From positions 260,422 through 324,421 of the forward strand of contig NIVC01001150.1 in the NCBI GenBank assembly GCA_002269645.1: DNA of 64,000 bases, read 5' to 3'. The translations under genes and the position numbers were made by a program. The notes beneath the pieces were generated by a model. That model saw only the letters and a program-made list of their open reading frames with translations, did no database searches and was not told where the DNA came from. The stretch is from Macrostomum lignano (lineage: Eukaryota). Shown one piece after another: positions 22,860 through 35,981 of the stretch (positions are counted from its first letter, which is position 1; every line of letters begins with the position of its first letter).

Positions 22860-24560
22860 AGCCCTACACCCCCAGATTAGCCCCACTTCCCCCAGATTAG
22901 CACTGCTCCACAGATTACCGCCGCTTCCCAGATAGTTTCACCTCCCCAGATTAGCACTACTTCTCCAGATTCGCACCACTCCGCTAAAATTCGCATCGCT
23001 ACTTCTTCTAGATTAGCCCCAATCCCCCAGATTAGCCCCAATCCCTCAGATTAGCCCTAATCCAGCAGATTAGCCCCCACTCCCTTAAATCAGCACCGCT
23101 CCCCAGATTAGCCCCCACTCCCTTAAATCAGCACCGCTCCCCAGATTAGCACCACTTCCAAACTGCTAAAAGGCGACTACTATTATCGCCTCAGAAGTTT
23201 AAAGTTAAACCCTCCCAGAAATCGGCAGTTATCCCCAAAACAACCTGAAATAATCCCTTCTAATTCCGCAAAACAGACTGCAGTCGTACAACTCATTTGT
23301 ACTCTACAACTTTTATTATTATTATTCATTTATCCCTCAAGGACCCAGAATTGTCCCCACAGCAAGCTAAAACTATTCACAGTTAGATATCCTCCTCAGA
23401 AGTCTGCCATTATTATCCTAGCAGTCTGCAGCTATCCCCTCAGCAGTTTGCAGCTTATACGCTCATGAGTCTCGAGAAACTAACTAACGTCAGCAGTTTG
23501 CAGTTTGTCCCCTTTGCAGTCTGCAATGATCCCTTCAACAATCTGCTGTTCCCTCAGCAGTCTGCAGTCAATTCATTTGCAGTCAGCAAGTGTTTCCTTA
23601 ATAATTCTCATTTATCCCCTTAGCAGTATGCAGTTCTCTCAGCTGGCCCCTCAATGATTTAAAAATTTGCTCAGCATTTACTACGGCTCACTAATCAATT
23701 TTCGATACATATCGCCAGTCTTGCGCAACTCAGCATTTAGCAATACCTTCAGGAGTTTAGCTGCTTAGCAGCATCGTCTGCAATTTAGCAGCCTATGTAT
23801 GGCTCACTGATTAGCACTGCTCTAGAAGCTTAACGCAGCCCCAGCAAAAGTATCTTTAAATTTAAATTTTTAATACCTGCATGACAATGATTATTCTCAC
23901 AGGTCACAAAGATAAATTCGCTGCTTCAATGCAGACTCGAACTGCCGACTTTCTGCTTAGCCTATGCCTGTTATTGCCTTCTATAGTAACAGGCATAGCT
24001 AGGCTGCCTATTGACAGATGGTCAAAAAATCCTTATACTATTCAAAAAGTTCACCAACTCCAGCAGTTCGAAGTTAACCTTTCTCAGCCTCCCCCCAGAA
24101 ATCGGCAGTTATCCTCACAACAACCTGAAATTAGCTATCCCTTTTAATCCCGCAAAACAGGCTGCAGTAATACTCTTAGCAGCCTGCAGTTATCCACTTT
24201 GCCGTCTAAAACTTTCATTAACATCAGCAAACTGCAATAATTCACTCAGCAGTCCGCAGTTATCCACTCAACAACTTGCACTTAATACTTCACCGTTATC
24301 CACTTAAGACTCTCTAAATAGTTATCCCCTCAGCAGTTTGCAGCTATACACTCATAAGTCTGGAGGAACTACCTCAGCAATCAGCATCAGTATCAGCATC
24401 AGTATCCTCAGCAAACTGCAATGATCCTTTCAACAATGTAGAAATTAGCTCAGCATTGTATGGCTTACTAATCGATTTTCGATACATATCGGCAATCTTT
24501 TGGCACCACTCAGCATTTAGCAATACCTCAGCAGTTTAGCAGCATTGTCTGCAGTTAAGT
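22860..24560. repeat. Degenerate repeat block: CCCCAGATTAGC-type repeats, then an old tandem duplication (about 23200-23800 versus 24070-24560)
   Basis: Collinear shared segments such as CCCAGAAATCGGCAGTTATCC, ATCCCCTCAGCAGTTTGCAGCT and TTTTCGATACATATCG occur in both halves. Confidence 0.75.
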
Positions 24561-25648
24561 AATTTAATTAATACTTCCATAGACCTAGATAATAACAATG
24601 GGATCTTAGGATTTTACAAATCAAATCAAGTGGCTTGTGCGAGTAGCAAAAATAAATTATTGTAATTAATAAAAAAATTTAATTACAATTAATCAAAAAA
24701 TGCTCAAAACAGTCGAGGCAGAAGCTAATAATGAATTAATTTATTTAATTTTAATTATCCGCTGGGGAGGCGAACTCGAACATTGGACCTTATGCCTAGC
24801 CTAAACCTGGTCCTAGTGCCTACACTGCGGCTATTCCGCCTACTGATCGGAGGGCGCAAAAATCAGCCATATATGCTTAGGCACTGCAGTCAAATACATA
24901 GCAGTGAAAGGCTGCTCAGTGTACACAGGTTGTGTGCAGACAGAGCCAATGCACAGTTGAGTGAAATCTATTAATAGCAATTTTCTATGCAGTCCGCCAG
25001 TCAGCCAGGGTCAGAATGTACACACGCAGCCACTGAGCATTATTTTCCTCTCCCTTATTGCAGCCAGTATTGAGGCGTACACAGTGAACAAAGAAAAGTT
25101 GTGGCGCAATCTTAATTGGAATTGAAATTCAGTTAGTGAGATTTTGACCTTTTCTAGCCTCCCATTGAAAGCATAGGGAAAACTCGTTTTTCGAATATTT
25201 AACCATCTTCCCATTCGAATTTTTTCAATGCAATTACACCCACACAATCTCACAAGAATTTGCAATTGAATAAAGCAAGTTTGAAAAAAATCGGTTCAGG
25301 CATTCAGGCTGTGGACTGGAATACCGGTCAAACCTTAGAGATTTAGTATATTGATGATGATGATGGGAAAAGCTTTATATTACCATAGCTTTATAAAGCT
25401 AGACTAAGTTTATACATCAACTCCTATAGCCATAGTAATGAGATCAATTGTTTCTATAAGCATATTCATAAATATTGCATATATTTACTTTTTTATAATT
25501 ACCATAACATTCTAAATAGGTTGTATAGCTACAATCATATTAGCATATTATTTAGAATATATGCTTACTATGATAATAATGATAAAACCATTGCCTTACT
25601 CTAGTTTTTTTATATTAATTTTAGAGACAGGAGAATATAACATTTTGA

Positions 25649-26260
25649 TGTAACCGCCCTTGCTGCCCGTCTGCTCCGTTGAGAGACAAACGCATGACCA
25701 TGGGCAATGACCATAGGCTGCCTATGACCAAGCAATGACCTGATGGACCTCCAGCACTAGACTGTCCCTCCCACATGATTGATAGCTTTGGTAGCGCTCT
25801 TGTGACCAGAGGGCCAAGGACCCACATGGCCCCCAACTGTAGCCAAGGTACAATAGTTGGTCACTCGGTCATAGCATGACCGAGTGGCTGCCACCACTCT
25901 ATGTGAACTGGCGCACCTAGATCTTACTACCAGACCTCTCGAGGCTAGAGCCCTGCCTGGGGACAGCACAGGAAAACAGTGCACAAAGAGACAAAAAGAT
26001 GAGAATTGGGAAAAGTACATAATGAATAAGGTAGAGTGCATAGAGAGCAGGTGAGGTACAGAGATAGGGGCTCTGGAAAGGCATGTGTGGCAGAGTAGGA
26101 GATGGAGCCAAGGCAGCAGGGGGTGCAGCAGAGCAGGAGTCTGCAGGCCAGGTCAAAGACCTGGCCCAGTCTCAACAGCTCTGCTCAGGAGGTGCACGGA
26201 GATCGGAGGTACTTTTGAAAAATTTCCCCTGCCATATCCCGCAACCAGAGCATGGTTACA
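25649..26260. mobile_element. Probable solo LTR
   Basis: 612-bp GC-richer island in AT-rich DNA with TGTAACC...GGTTACA inverted termini. No clean TSD is seen. Confidence 0.45.
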
Positions 26261-26366
26261 TCAATTTTCAAGATTTTTAGGACTTGAGATCTGTATATTT
26301 AAGATAATTGAGATTCAATTGAGAATCAAGGTTATGTCTAATTATTAATATCTACTAGACCTCTTT

Positions 26367-27110
26367 TAGAGCTTGAACGGGAGTAGAATTTTCGGGATCG
26401 GGCGGGATCGGGATTGAAAATAATTTTGGGATCGGGATTCGGGATTAGTATTCGGGATTCGGGAATCTGGGATCTGGGAATATATTACTTACTAACTAAT
26501 GAATCAAGGATTCAAGGATAGTTTTATCTGACTATAAACCCATGAGGGGCTTTTCATATTGTCAATTCTTGTTCCAGACCCTTTTTCCAAAGTATAGCCT
26601 AAAAATTATCGGAATACTTCATGGAATAGTTAATGGAAAAGTTAACGGAATACTTAATGGAAAAGTTAATGGAAAAGTTGACAGAATAGTTGACGGAATA
26701 GTTAATAGAAAATTTAATGGAAAAGTTGACGAAAAAGTTGACGGCCAAAGTTATACTCGTCTTTTTTCTTGTAAAATTCTGTTTCTGGAATTGCTTCGTG
26801 AAAAGCCTCATACTTGTTAGTTCGTTATTTACGAGTACAACTCTTTACAAATCTGTTACTAAGTAAAAATCTGCTGCTTTATTTGGTGAATTCAAGGTCA
26901 GACTTTCAACATATTTATAGTTGCTGTTACAAAAATTAGCTTAGTATTGATTACTGCTCTTGATTGTTGAAAGCATCATCTTCATTATCAATCTATTGTG
27001 CTCCCGAATCCCGAGTTCTCTAAGCCTTCGGGATCCCGATCCCGAATTCCCGAAAAATCTTTGGGATCCCGAGAATTCGAGATCGGGATCGGGATCCCGT
27101 TTGAGCTCTA
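26367..27110. mobile_element. Non-autonomous hAT-type element (MITE)
   Basis: TIRs TAGAGCTTGAACGGGA / TCCCGTTTGAGCTCTA, an exact 8-bp TSD ACCTCTTT (26359-26366 and 27111-27118), and subterminal CGGGAT repeats. Confidence 0.85.
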
Positions 27111-28338
27111 ACCTCTTTACACTATTATATCTATCAATGCTATTGTATTGTACAATAACAATAATAGAAGGAAAAACAATGAATATTTAATATTGAGCTT
27201 ATAAAATAGCTTGATATATATCAATTGTAAGTATAATAGGTCTAATATTGATCTTAGGTAATAAAATCAAGTAACGAATTATAACAATAGATAATAGACA
27301 CAAATCTCATTTTTTCTTGAGATCTTGAAAGTAAGATAGATTGAGAAAAATTCCAAGATTTTGATAATCTAGATTAAGATTACAATCTTATCAAGACTAA
27401 TCCTGGACTCCAGATAGTATATATATATATACTAGAAAAGTCTAGTATATAGAGGAACCTGGAGTATACCATTGGCATATAACAATGCCTGGCATGCTCT
27501 CTTAGCATAAAGCTTGATATATAGAAATTGCCAAGATTATTGGAAAATAGGTGGGACTAAGTTCCAAGTCCAAACCAATGTACAAATCATTTAGTGTACA
27601 AAAGCTAAGTTTAAATTTAGTGTAGTCTCCACATGCATGTAGTTAGAGTAGCTAAATTTTGATCAACAAAAATATCAAAAAATTAATGAAAAAGAAATTA
27701 AAAAACTATATATTCCACTTTTTGAAAAAGTTAAAAGTTAAACAAAAATAATTAAAGAATATCAGTTTTTAGTTCAAAAGAATATCAACCAGTTTTTATT
27801 TAGCTATTTTTGCAAAAAAAACATAAGCTTAGTTAAAATATAGTTTGTCATTTCTCATTTTTGTCTTGGCACATTTTGTATGCAATATAAATCTGTTATA
27901 TATATTGGCATATAGGAGCTAAGGAAACAAATTTTATTCTACCATACACTAGTATAGGATCCTGACACTAGGACTAATCTCTAATGAATTATAGTATACA
28001 AATTTTTCAATGCAATTACACCCACACAATCTCACAAGAATTTTGAGTTGAATAAAGCAAGTTTGAAAAAAATTGGTTCAGGCATTCAGGCTGTAGACTG
28101 AAATACCGGTCAAACAAACCTTAGAGATTTAGTATATTGTGATAGTAAATAATATAAAATATGATACTAACTTACTAAGCTAGAAGTTTTTAATTTTATG
28201 ATTGATATTTCTATCGTATTGTATATTGGTTACTTGACTACTTTTAAACATTATACAATAGAAATAACTAGCAAATTTTATAAGTTGTCAATATATGATA
28301 AATCAAACTTGTCTTTTAGGTCAAGATACTAGGATAAT

Positions 28339-29298
28339 ATGTGAGGGTTTCCCGACAGATATTCAGACAGATATTCAAAACGATCATCTACTACTTTTAA
28401 CAAAATGGACCAAACGGAACCATATTTTTGGCAGATGTTTACGCATATGTTTGCAATCAAATGAGCCCAAATGTGTTTTATAAAATAAAAAACTTTACAA
28501 AGTGCATTGTTTCAAAGATTGCTTGGCAACACCATGATTCAGCATCTCTTCAATGTTTTCTGAAAATGATTCAATTTTTACATCCCATAAATGGGCGACG
28601 CCTGAGGTGTCATTTTAAAGCTGGGACGTGCGTAAAAGAGCGAGTTAAGTTTTATGTTTCGTAAGCAAAAAATGGTGTCACAATTTCTTGGCGTATATTT
28701 CGACATAAAACGTCAAGCGTTATTGACTCAAAAGCAAAGCACACTTTAGAGTCGAATATCTCAGGAAATACTGTTTCTTTTTCAGCTTCAATGGTGTCAT
28801 TCTAAAGCTGGGATGTGCGTAAGAATGGAACTATAAATTCATTTAATTTGAGAGCGAAATGGAGTTCTAACATCAGCAAATATGTGCTGTTTCTTGACTT
28901 GCCTTCAAAAAAGCAAATCGCCAAGCACACTTTAAAAGAAAATAATTCAAGAAGTAAAGTATTTTATTAGACGCGTGATGCGGCATTTTACAGCTGAAAC
29001 ATGCGTAAGAGTTAGTCCACTGTCTTTTTAGGATACGGGGCACATTTATGGGATGTAAAAATTGAATCATTTTCAGAAAACGTTGAAGAGATGCTGAATC
29101 ATGGTGTTGCCAAGCAATCTTTGAAACAATGCACTCTGTAAAGTTTTTTTATTTTATAAAACAAATTTGGGCTCATTTGATTGCAAACACATGCATAAAC
29201 ATCTGCCAAAAATATGGTTCTGTTTGGTCCATTTTGTTAAAAGTAGTAGATGATCATTTTGAATATCTGTCTGAATATCTGTCGGGAAACCCTCACAT
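28339..29298. mobile_element. Mutator-like non-autonomous element with about 255-bp TIRs
   Basis: Long near-perfect inverted arms (ATGTGAGGGTTTCCCGAC... / ...GTCGGGAAACCCTCACAT) and an exact 9-bp TSD TAGGATAAT (28330-28338 and 29299-29307). No ORF. Confidence 0.85.
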
Positions 29299-32076
29299 TA
29301 GGATAATTCCATAGTCTAGATAGATCATGCCTCATGCTAGGTATATGCCCAAACAAAAATTGAATAATTACAAATGCACATTGAAAAAAATTAAGTACAT
29401 GCCTATTCTCAAAACTGTGTTGTGATAATGAATCACTTTTTTATATTGTGACAATAAATAACATCTTTTAAATTGCATAATAGATGCATTTTAGCAAAAA
29501 TTGGTTGATTTGTATGCTTTTTTGTAATACTATTTATAGTAGAAAATTAATACTTGCAAAGATTTGTTTAAATGCTTTATTATGGGCTTAAAAACACAGA
29601 AAGCTTGAAATTTATGCTTAAAATGAACTTTTTTTCATCTTTTTTCTATTTCACAATAACTCTTCTATGTGATTCTATAAAGTGCATACTAGGTATGCAT
29701 ATATACTATTTTTTAGGAGTGATGCATGCCAACTATTACTTTTGGCATGCAAGACCAATGCATGTCCAAATTTTTGGGCATATACTACATGATCCAGAGT
29801 ATAAGGATAATTATATAGGGAATAAGCTTTAGGCAATTCTAGTTTGAATTTTTGTTTGAATCTGAATTTCCAAACTTTAAAATTAATAATATTTATATAC
29901 CTTATAGCTGCTTTCTAGGAGATACACATTAAACTTGGTTAGTTGACTGGTCTATTCAGCTTTATATATTTAAAGATAAGTCTCTACTCTACTTTAGTCC
30001 ACTACTAAGAGGTTACGATCATTTTAACAAAAAGTAATTTCAGGGAAAGTAATTTCAGCAAAATTCATTTTAGCAAAAAATTTAACCATATTTAGAAGGT
30101 GCTATATAGTTATAGGGTATTACCTCTTTGTTTATCAGTTGTTAATTGTGGTTTTTTGAATATTTAAAAAATGTATACTTATGGGCAAAAGAACTTAACT
30201 TTGATTCATAAAAATGTTTAGTGTAACACTAAATGAACAGTTTAATGTAGGTAAAAATGGAGAACCTTGAAAATTAGACATGTTTCAAGTAAGCCATAGT
30301 AACTTGTCTTTGACTTGATAAGTACAACATAAAAGTACAAAACTGTATAAGTACAAAGTTAAAACTACACAAAATAAGCTAAACCATCTAAGCTAAAAGT
30401 TAAACTAAAATTTTGACTACTCCTAATACAAGTCTTCACCCTTCACTTTACCTGATGCTACACTTTAGATGATACCATTGCTGGCATTTATCACATTAAA
30501 GTGCTAATTGACATGCAGTTATTGCTTTGTTTTGGCTATTTTGGAATTCTCAAGCTAATTGTACATGTGTACACTAAGTGATGTCTATTTTTAGTAACAC
30601 TCTCAAGGTTAGCCATTAGCCACACATTGGCTGAGTGGTAAGTAAAATTGGCACAGAAGATAGAATTATACCTTGCTAAATGATTCAGAAGACAGCAAGT
30701 TTTAAGAGTGCAATGCAAACATATCAACCGATTGCACACCATAGCAATCAATTGTTACTTATTTTGCTTCAAATTTTATGCACTTGTTGCACACACTTGT
30801 TGTATACAATATTACTGAAAAATTCCTCAAATTAACAATGTTTGAATTTTATATCACTAGAAAAACATTTGTTTCATAACAAACTTAACTTGCACCATTT
30901 TACATGTATTAGTAAGTTTTTTGTTGAAATTACTTTTCTTAAATAGGCCTCTTGCCAAAATGACTTTTAGCCAAAAATTGGCAAAATGATTTGCTAATGA
31001 TTGGCCAAAATGATTGGCAATGATTGGTACCCCTACACCCACTGAGTTCTGGCAGAAGCTACTAGTACTAAGGGCCAATGCTGATCCCTGAACACAGGAA
31101 CACTTAATAGATATCTAAAACAAAAAGATAAGAATCGAAACAACAATCTGAACTGATGTATGTCTGTATGATAGTCAGAATGCTTGATAGCAACAAAGAA
31201 TTGTTAGGTTTTTTTACAATAGGCTACATCATAGATCTCTTAGGGTTCGGCCACTGCGGCGCGTCTAGGGTGTCTAGCTAGGGAGTAAGTCAGTGGCAAC
31301 AGTGCGAGAGGCAGATTTAGAAATACAAAATGGGGGGCGAGCTTTAACCATCAGGCATCAGATCAGTGGGGGCGCCATAATATACATACACTGGGCGATC
31401 CTGAAGATTCCCGCGTTTAATTATTTTACGGAATTATTTCGCCCTCTATTCAAGGGTGGTGGGGGGGTGGGGGTTATAATTAAACGCGGGAAACTAAGAA
31501 ATCGCCATACACTGCACTTGACTTAGAAGGGAGCCATAATACACTCGAGGGGCACCATACTGAGCACACTGAGTGCGGTGGGGACCTTTTTTAGGGCAAA
31601 GGAAAAAGGGCACCATCATCGCTAGACACAAGAGACACAGGATAATCCGCCACTGAACAGTCACACACACAGTGCTACTAAACTACGACAACTGAATGAA
31701 CGCGTACGTCTTACACTGAGTTCATGAATTCGTCGAAAATTTCAACACTTTAAAACCTTCTGTCCATTCAAACAAAATCTATAGATTGCGGTAGAGATTC
31801 CGCAAGTTTTTAATTCAAATTTTAATTATACGTTAAAAAGTAGGAGCTGTGCTTTAGCAGAACAAAATTGGATCATCAAAAAAGCAATCCAATAATTTTT
31901 GCAACCGCGAACATCGATTGCCTGATTATCTTATAGTACGAGCGTAAGTTGAAAATTTGTTGTGCATGATACCGTAAGCGCAGTGCTTCTGTAGCAAAGG
32001 ACGCGCAGCACTAGTTATTTTAATAAATACACGGACTATTTACATGTAAATATTTATATAGTTTAGTTTTCTCTGT

Positions 32077-32463
32077 CCCTAGAGGATATTCTGTTTCTCA
32101 AACTTAGCAGATCTTGTCTCTGTGCCATTCTTAGCAGATCTTGTCAATCTGCTCGGTTCTTGCAGGATCTTCTAAGATGGGAGGTACATTACTTTTTTTA
32201 TTCATTTGGCTAAAGTGTTCTAGCTGAACTATATTTTGTTTTATGACAAGATGGGACAATAAATTTAAGAAAATATGCGATTCGAAGCTATAAAAAGATA
32301 TAAAAGATAAGATCTTGTACGATGTAGCAAGTCGCCCATATCTGGTAAGTTTACCTAAGTATTATTATAGTAAAGATCTTGCACGTTCTTGCAAGTACTT
32401 GCGCAGCAACCCAAGAAGATAGATAAGATCTGCTAAGAATCAACAAATCAATTTCTTCTAGGG
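32077..32463. mobile_element. Possible small CACTA/EnSpm-type MITE
   Basis: CCCTAGA...TCTAGGG termini, inverted subterminal TTCTTAGCAGATCTT motifs, and a possible 2-bp GT TSD (weak evidence). Confidence 0.4.
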
Positions 32464-33202
32464 GTGCACAGCGGGGTTGCTAATCATGCAGTCACGGAGG
32501 ATTCCTTTGCTACATGTACGTAAGGTTCAGTGTAAGCTATAAAGAGCTAAGCTATCAAGCGGCCATTAAATCCTTGTACAACTTTCCTTTTACAAAAAAT
32601 AGCTAGGTAACACGTAACACGCATTTGATTACAGAGTGAATTAAGTCTTAAAAACTAAAAAGTGCATAAAATCGGCTGGATTCACTGCAGCTTGCATACA
32701 AGGACTACAAGGACTTAAGTTGTCCTTGCTTGCATATTGCTTGAGGGAAGTTGCATTAATGATTAAGATTTCGAGCGCAATAAGCGCGGCAATATTGACA
32801 AATCTGCTTGGCAAAGTTTGTATGTGTTATGGGTTGATATAGCTGAAAGTAATCAAACAATAACCCAAAGACTGGGTCCAATCCGACCTTACCCCCAGTT
32901 GGTCCTTTCATTTGCGAGCTTTTGAGAGTATAGTAACACAGGTTTGCCGCGAATGTGCGCACTTTCTAACCTATAAAATCTGCCTTTCTAGCTCTACCCA
33001 CTGTATTCTATTCACTGGAGAGGTTGGCTGCCCCTTCAGTGTGCGCTCCGTTGAGCATCCAATAATCGAATAGCTGGGCAAGCAAGCTGCGCTCGCCACC
33101 CCATGCAGCTCTCACAGAGTGCTTTCTATTTTTTGTGTAGGTTTTGTGTAAATTTGCCCAGAGACGCTTGCAGTTGCCAGTTTTCTGCCAAGCTGGAAGG
33201 AA

Positions 33203-33871
33203 ATGGCAGCCTCAGGCGCAGTGTGTTGTATCTTGGCCATCACCTGCACCATCGCAGCGGTGGACCTGGGCCTGAGCATCGCCGAGATCGCCATGGGTTA
33301 CATTCACCTTCAAGACTGTCCCGTGCAGGCGAAGATCCCCATCTACCTGGTGGTGGCGGGCTGCACCGGTCTCATATTGGCCCTCGGAAACTTCGTTAAG
33401 GCAAAGAAGACCAAAGGCGACTCGCAGCGGAGGGAGGCTGCAGAGCAGAGCACGGCGTCGAATTGCGCGAACGGCATCATCTCGCTGCTGTCTCTGTTTG
33501 CCTTCGTCTGGCTCATCTGTGGCACCGTCTGGGTATTCAGCACTTCGCCAACCTTCCAGCAGGCACAGGAGTTGAGCAACGCTACCACCAGCACCAGTGC
33601 TACCACAGCGCCTGCTTTAGTGACTGTCCCGGAAGCCAGTAACAGTATATCGCCAGTCAACACGTACTGCTACGAGCCCCTGTACAAGTTCGTCATGGCA
33701 ACCGTCCTTCTGCGCTACGCAGTAATGGGTCTGTACCTCTGCCTCATTCTTTGCACCTGCTGCGCCTGCTGCGGCGCCATGTGCTGCGTAAAGTGCCTGG
33801 TGGACAAGGAAGACGGCGCATCCTCTGGCGAGCGGCAGGAGCAGGCCGTGAGCATGGTGGAGAAGAGCTGA
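33203..33871 (+). CDS. TMEM272-like four-helix membrane protein, single exon
   Basis: 222-aa ORF with four hydrophobic segments, family-like motifs (GYIHLQDCPVQAKIPIYLVVAG; FVWLICGTVWVFS; YCYEPLYKF) and a Cys-rich juxtamembrane tail. Confidence 0.75.
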   Translation: MAASGAVCCILAITCTIAAVDLGLSIAEIAMGYIHLQDCPVQAKIPIYLVVAGCTGLILALGNFVKAKKTKGDSQRREAAEQSTASNCANGIISLLSLFAFVWLICGTVWVFSTSPTFQQAQELSNATTSTSATTAPALVTVPEASNSISPVNTYCYEPLYKFVMATVLLRYAVMGLYLCLILCTCCACCGAMCCVKCLVDKEDGASSGERQEQAVSMVEKS

Positions 33872-34791
33872 GCAGCCGGGGCCAAAGCTTACAGGCTCTG
33901 CGCTTTTAACTGTCCCGAAATTGTGACTCGCACAGACGTGTCCACGTGTCATGTACAAAAATCGAACACTTTGTTGGGCTGGTCGATGAAGCTCTAATGA
34001 AAAATAAATACTTAAAGCTACCGTGTTTTTGTCGATTGACTCTCAGTCCTATGCTGAAGAAGTTGTGTCTAATCCTTGTAAAGAAAATATATATTAGGTT
34101 TGTAGAAAACTCACGAGGCGTTGCCGGCAAAAGTCCCTTGAAAAAAGAAGCTTTAGCTTTTCCCGGGTTTAAATTTTTTGAAAAAGTTGGTCGAATGAAC
34201 CTCGAGATAAGATATAGACGAGCCGTTCAGGCGAACTCCTTTGAGTGCATCCTGATCCGCAACACCGAAAGGTGAGGCATCGAAATGGCCCGGATTCGCC
34301 AGGTTCATAAAACCCTTTCGAAAGTTGTATCAAAGCAGTACGCTTGAGGCGAAGCTCAGGTTCGACACTCCGGACGAATTGGCAGCCGGCACCAACTATT
34401 CAGAGTGCAGTGCAGCACGCACTCGGACTCGACGGCAGCGGTCGCGGGCTCCAGGCCAGACAGAGCACTCGGACAGGTGTTGGTCAGAAGCTCATACACT
34501 GCAGAGCATTGCTCGCATGCTACAGCTGGGTAGCACAAAAACAAAAGCGAAATTACACCAACTAACATTGCAAAATATGCTGCTGTTTTATCAGAACTTG
34601 CTGGGTGGCGCTCCCCTGCGTTATGCGAATATATATATATATATAGTGTCTTTTTGAAGCGCTGCAATCACCAATTACACGCCAGCTCTTTTAGCCAGCA
34701 TTTGTCTCATTAGCGGAACGGCCGGAGGGAGAGAGCAAAGGCAAGGATTGGAGAGCACGAGCAAAACATCCCAAAAACCCGAACAAAGGGA

Positions 34792-35490
34792 TTAAAAAGT
34801 AGGGTACACGGCGACGGGGCGAGTCAGGCGAGCGCTAGGAGGTGCCGACAGCACACGGTTGACCATTGGGCGCAGGAGACGGAGGCAACCTCCCGACTGC
34901 GGCAGGTAGCGTGAAACGGCGCCGCTGCGCCAGCCGCCCAGCCGCTTGATCTGCTCCACGTCGAGGCCGCTGTCGAACGCCAGACAGGCGCCACCCCGTC
35001 GTAGAGAGTGGCCTGAGAAAGCTGTCGCCGCCCAACCCGCATCTGTCAGAGCCCGAGCGAGGCGGCGGTCGAATTGACGCGATGACATCGGGCACCAGCT
35101 TCCGGCGATGTGGACGCAAAACAGCCGAGTGAGCGCCGGCGCAGACCGCAGCTTGTTAGTCTGAAAATGCCGCCGCAGGGCTTGGACAGGGCATAGTGGG
35201 TGGCTTCCGAGCGCTGGCAGCACCGCCTCCTGGTGGTCTTGTCCGCATTGGTTGGTCTTCGACTGTCGAACTCGGAGTCTCCAGCACTGACTATCGGCCT
35301 GAGTGTCGCTGACGAGAATGGAGTGGCGCCCGCAGACATTTGCTTTCCTGAGAAGCGCCCAGAAGCAGCAGAGCACGGCGGCCCAAAAGGCGGCGTCTGC
35401 AGGGTCTCTTGGGTTCACCTGGTTTGCCAGTGAAAGCAGAACAGCCGGGGTGATGGGGTCTTTCTGCTTGCACAGGAGTGTACAGCGGCC
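34792..35490 (-). mobile_element. Tyrosine recombinase fragment of a DIRS/Ngaro-type retrotransposon
   Basis: Open frame DPITPAVLL..DAAFWAAVLCCFWALLRKAN..RQSKTNQ..CPVQAL..FSGHSLRRGGA..GGWRSGAVSRYL carries the R-K-HxxR-W-Y catalytic set. No RT/RNase H is adjacent and the 5' end is truncated. Confidence 0.85.
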
Positions 35491-35981
35491 TTAAATGACG
35501 CTTCTATGATTTTATCATGACGCTGCATTTCAAGTCGAAAGAGCTGCTTGACCTTTGCAAAAAACATGTTTTTCGAATATTTAATCCCTTTAGCATCGAG
35601 AAATTTCTTAGCCACGATGCATGTACCATCACGGAAAAATTTCTAAACGATCAGTGCAAGTTCGAAGAAAATCGATTGAGCCGTTTTTTCTAAAATCGAT
35701 CTCATACCTATCCACCGTACCGACAGACCATGTTTAGTTTAGCTCCTGACCTGACTTGCGCTTGGAATCAAGCCTGGGCCGCTGGCACGCCAGAGCATCG
35801 CGCTATACCATGCACTTGTTTTGAAATGGCCTTTACAAGCCATTGTTTGAAATTCTCTGACATGTAAGCAGAAGATAATTGGAAAACAAAGACTTAAATT
35901 TGCTTTCCTGACCATCAGAATAAAGCCAGTTAGTGTTGCACAATGTCTGTGGGCTATAAAAAGAGTCCTTCAATGAGTTGT

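Larger units (their letters stand above)
25219..28139. repeat. Pair of about 135-bp direct repeats (25219-25353 and 28001-28139)
   Basis: Both copies read AATTTTTCAATGCAATTACACCCACACAATCTCACAAGAATT..CTTAGAGATTTAGTATATTG with few differences. Confidence 0.85.

Noticed and set aside
31243-31655. CAGTGGC...GCCACTG hAT-like ends
   Set aside because: The match is only 7 bp and no 8-bp TSD is present.
34340-34380. T-loop-like GGTTCGACACTCC
   Set aside because: No acceptor stem or anticodon arm could be found around it.
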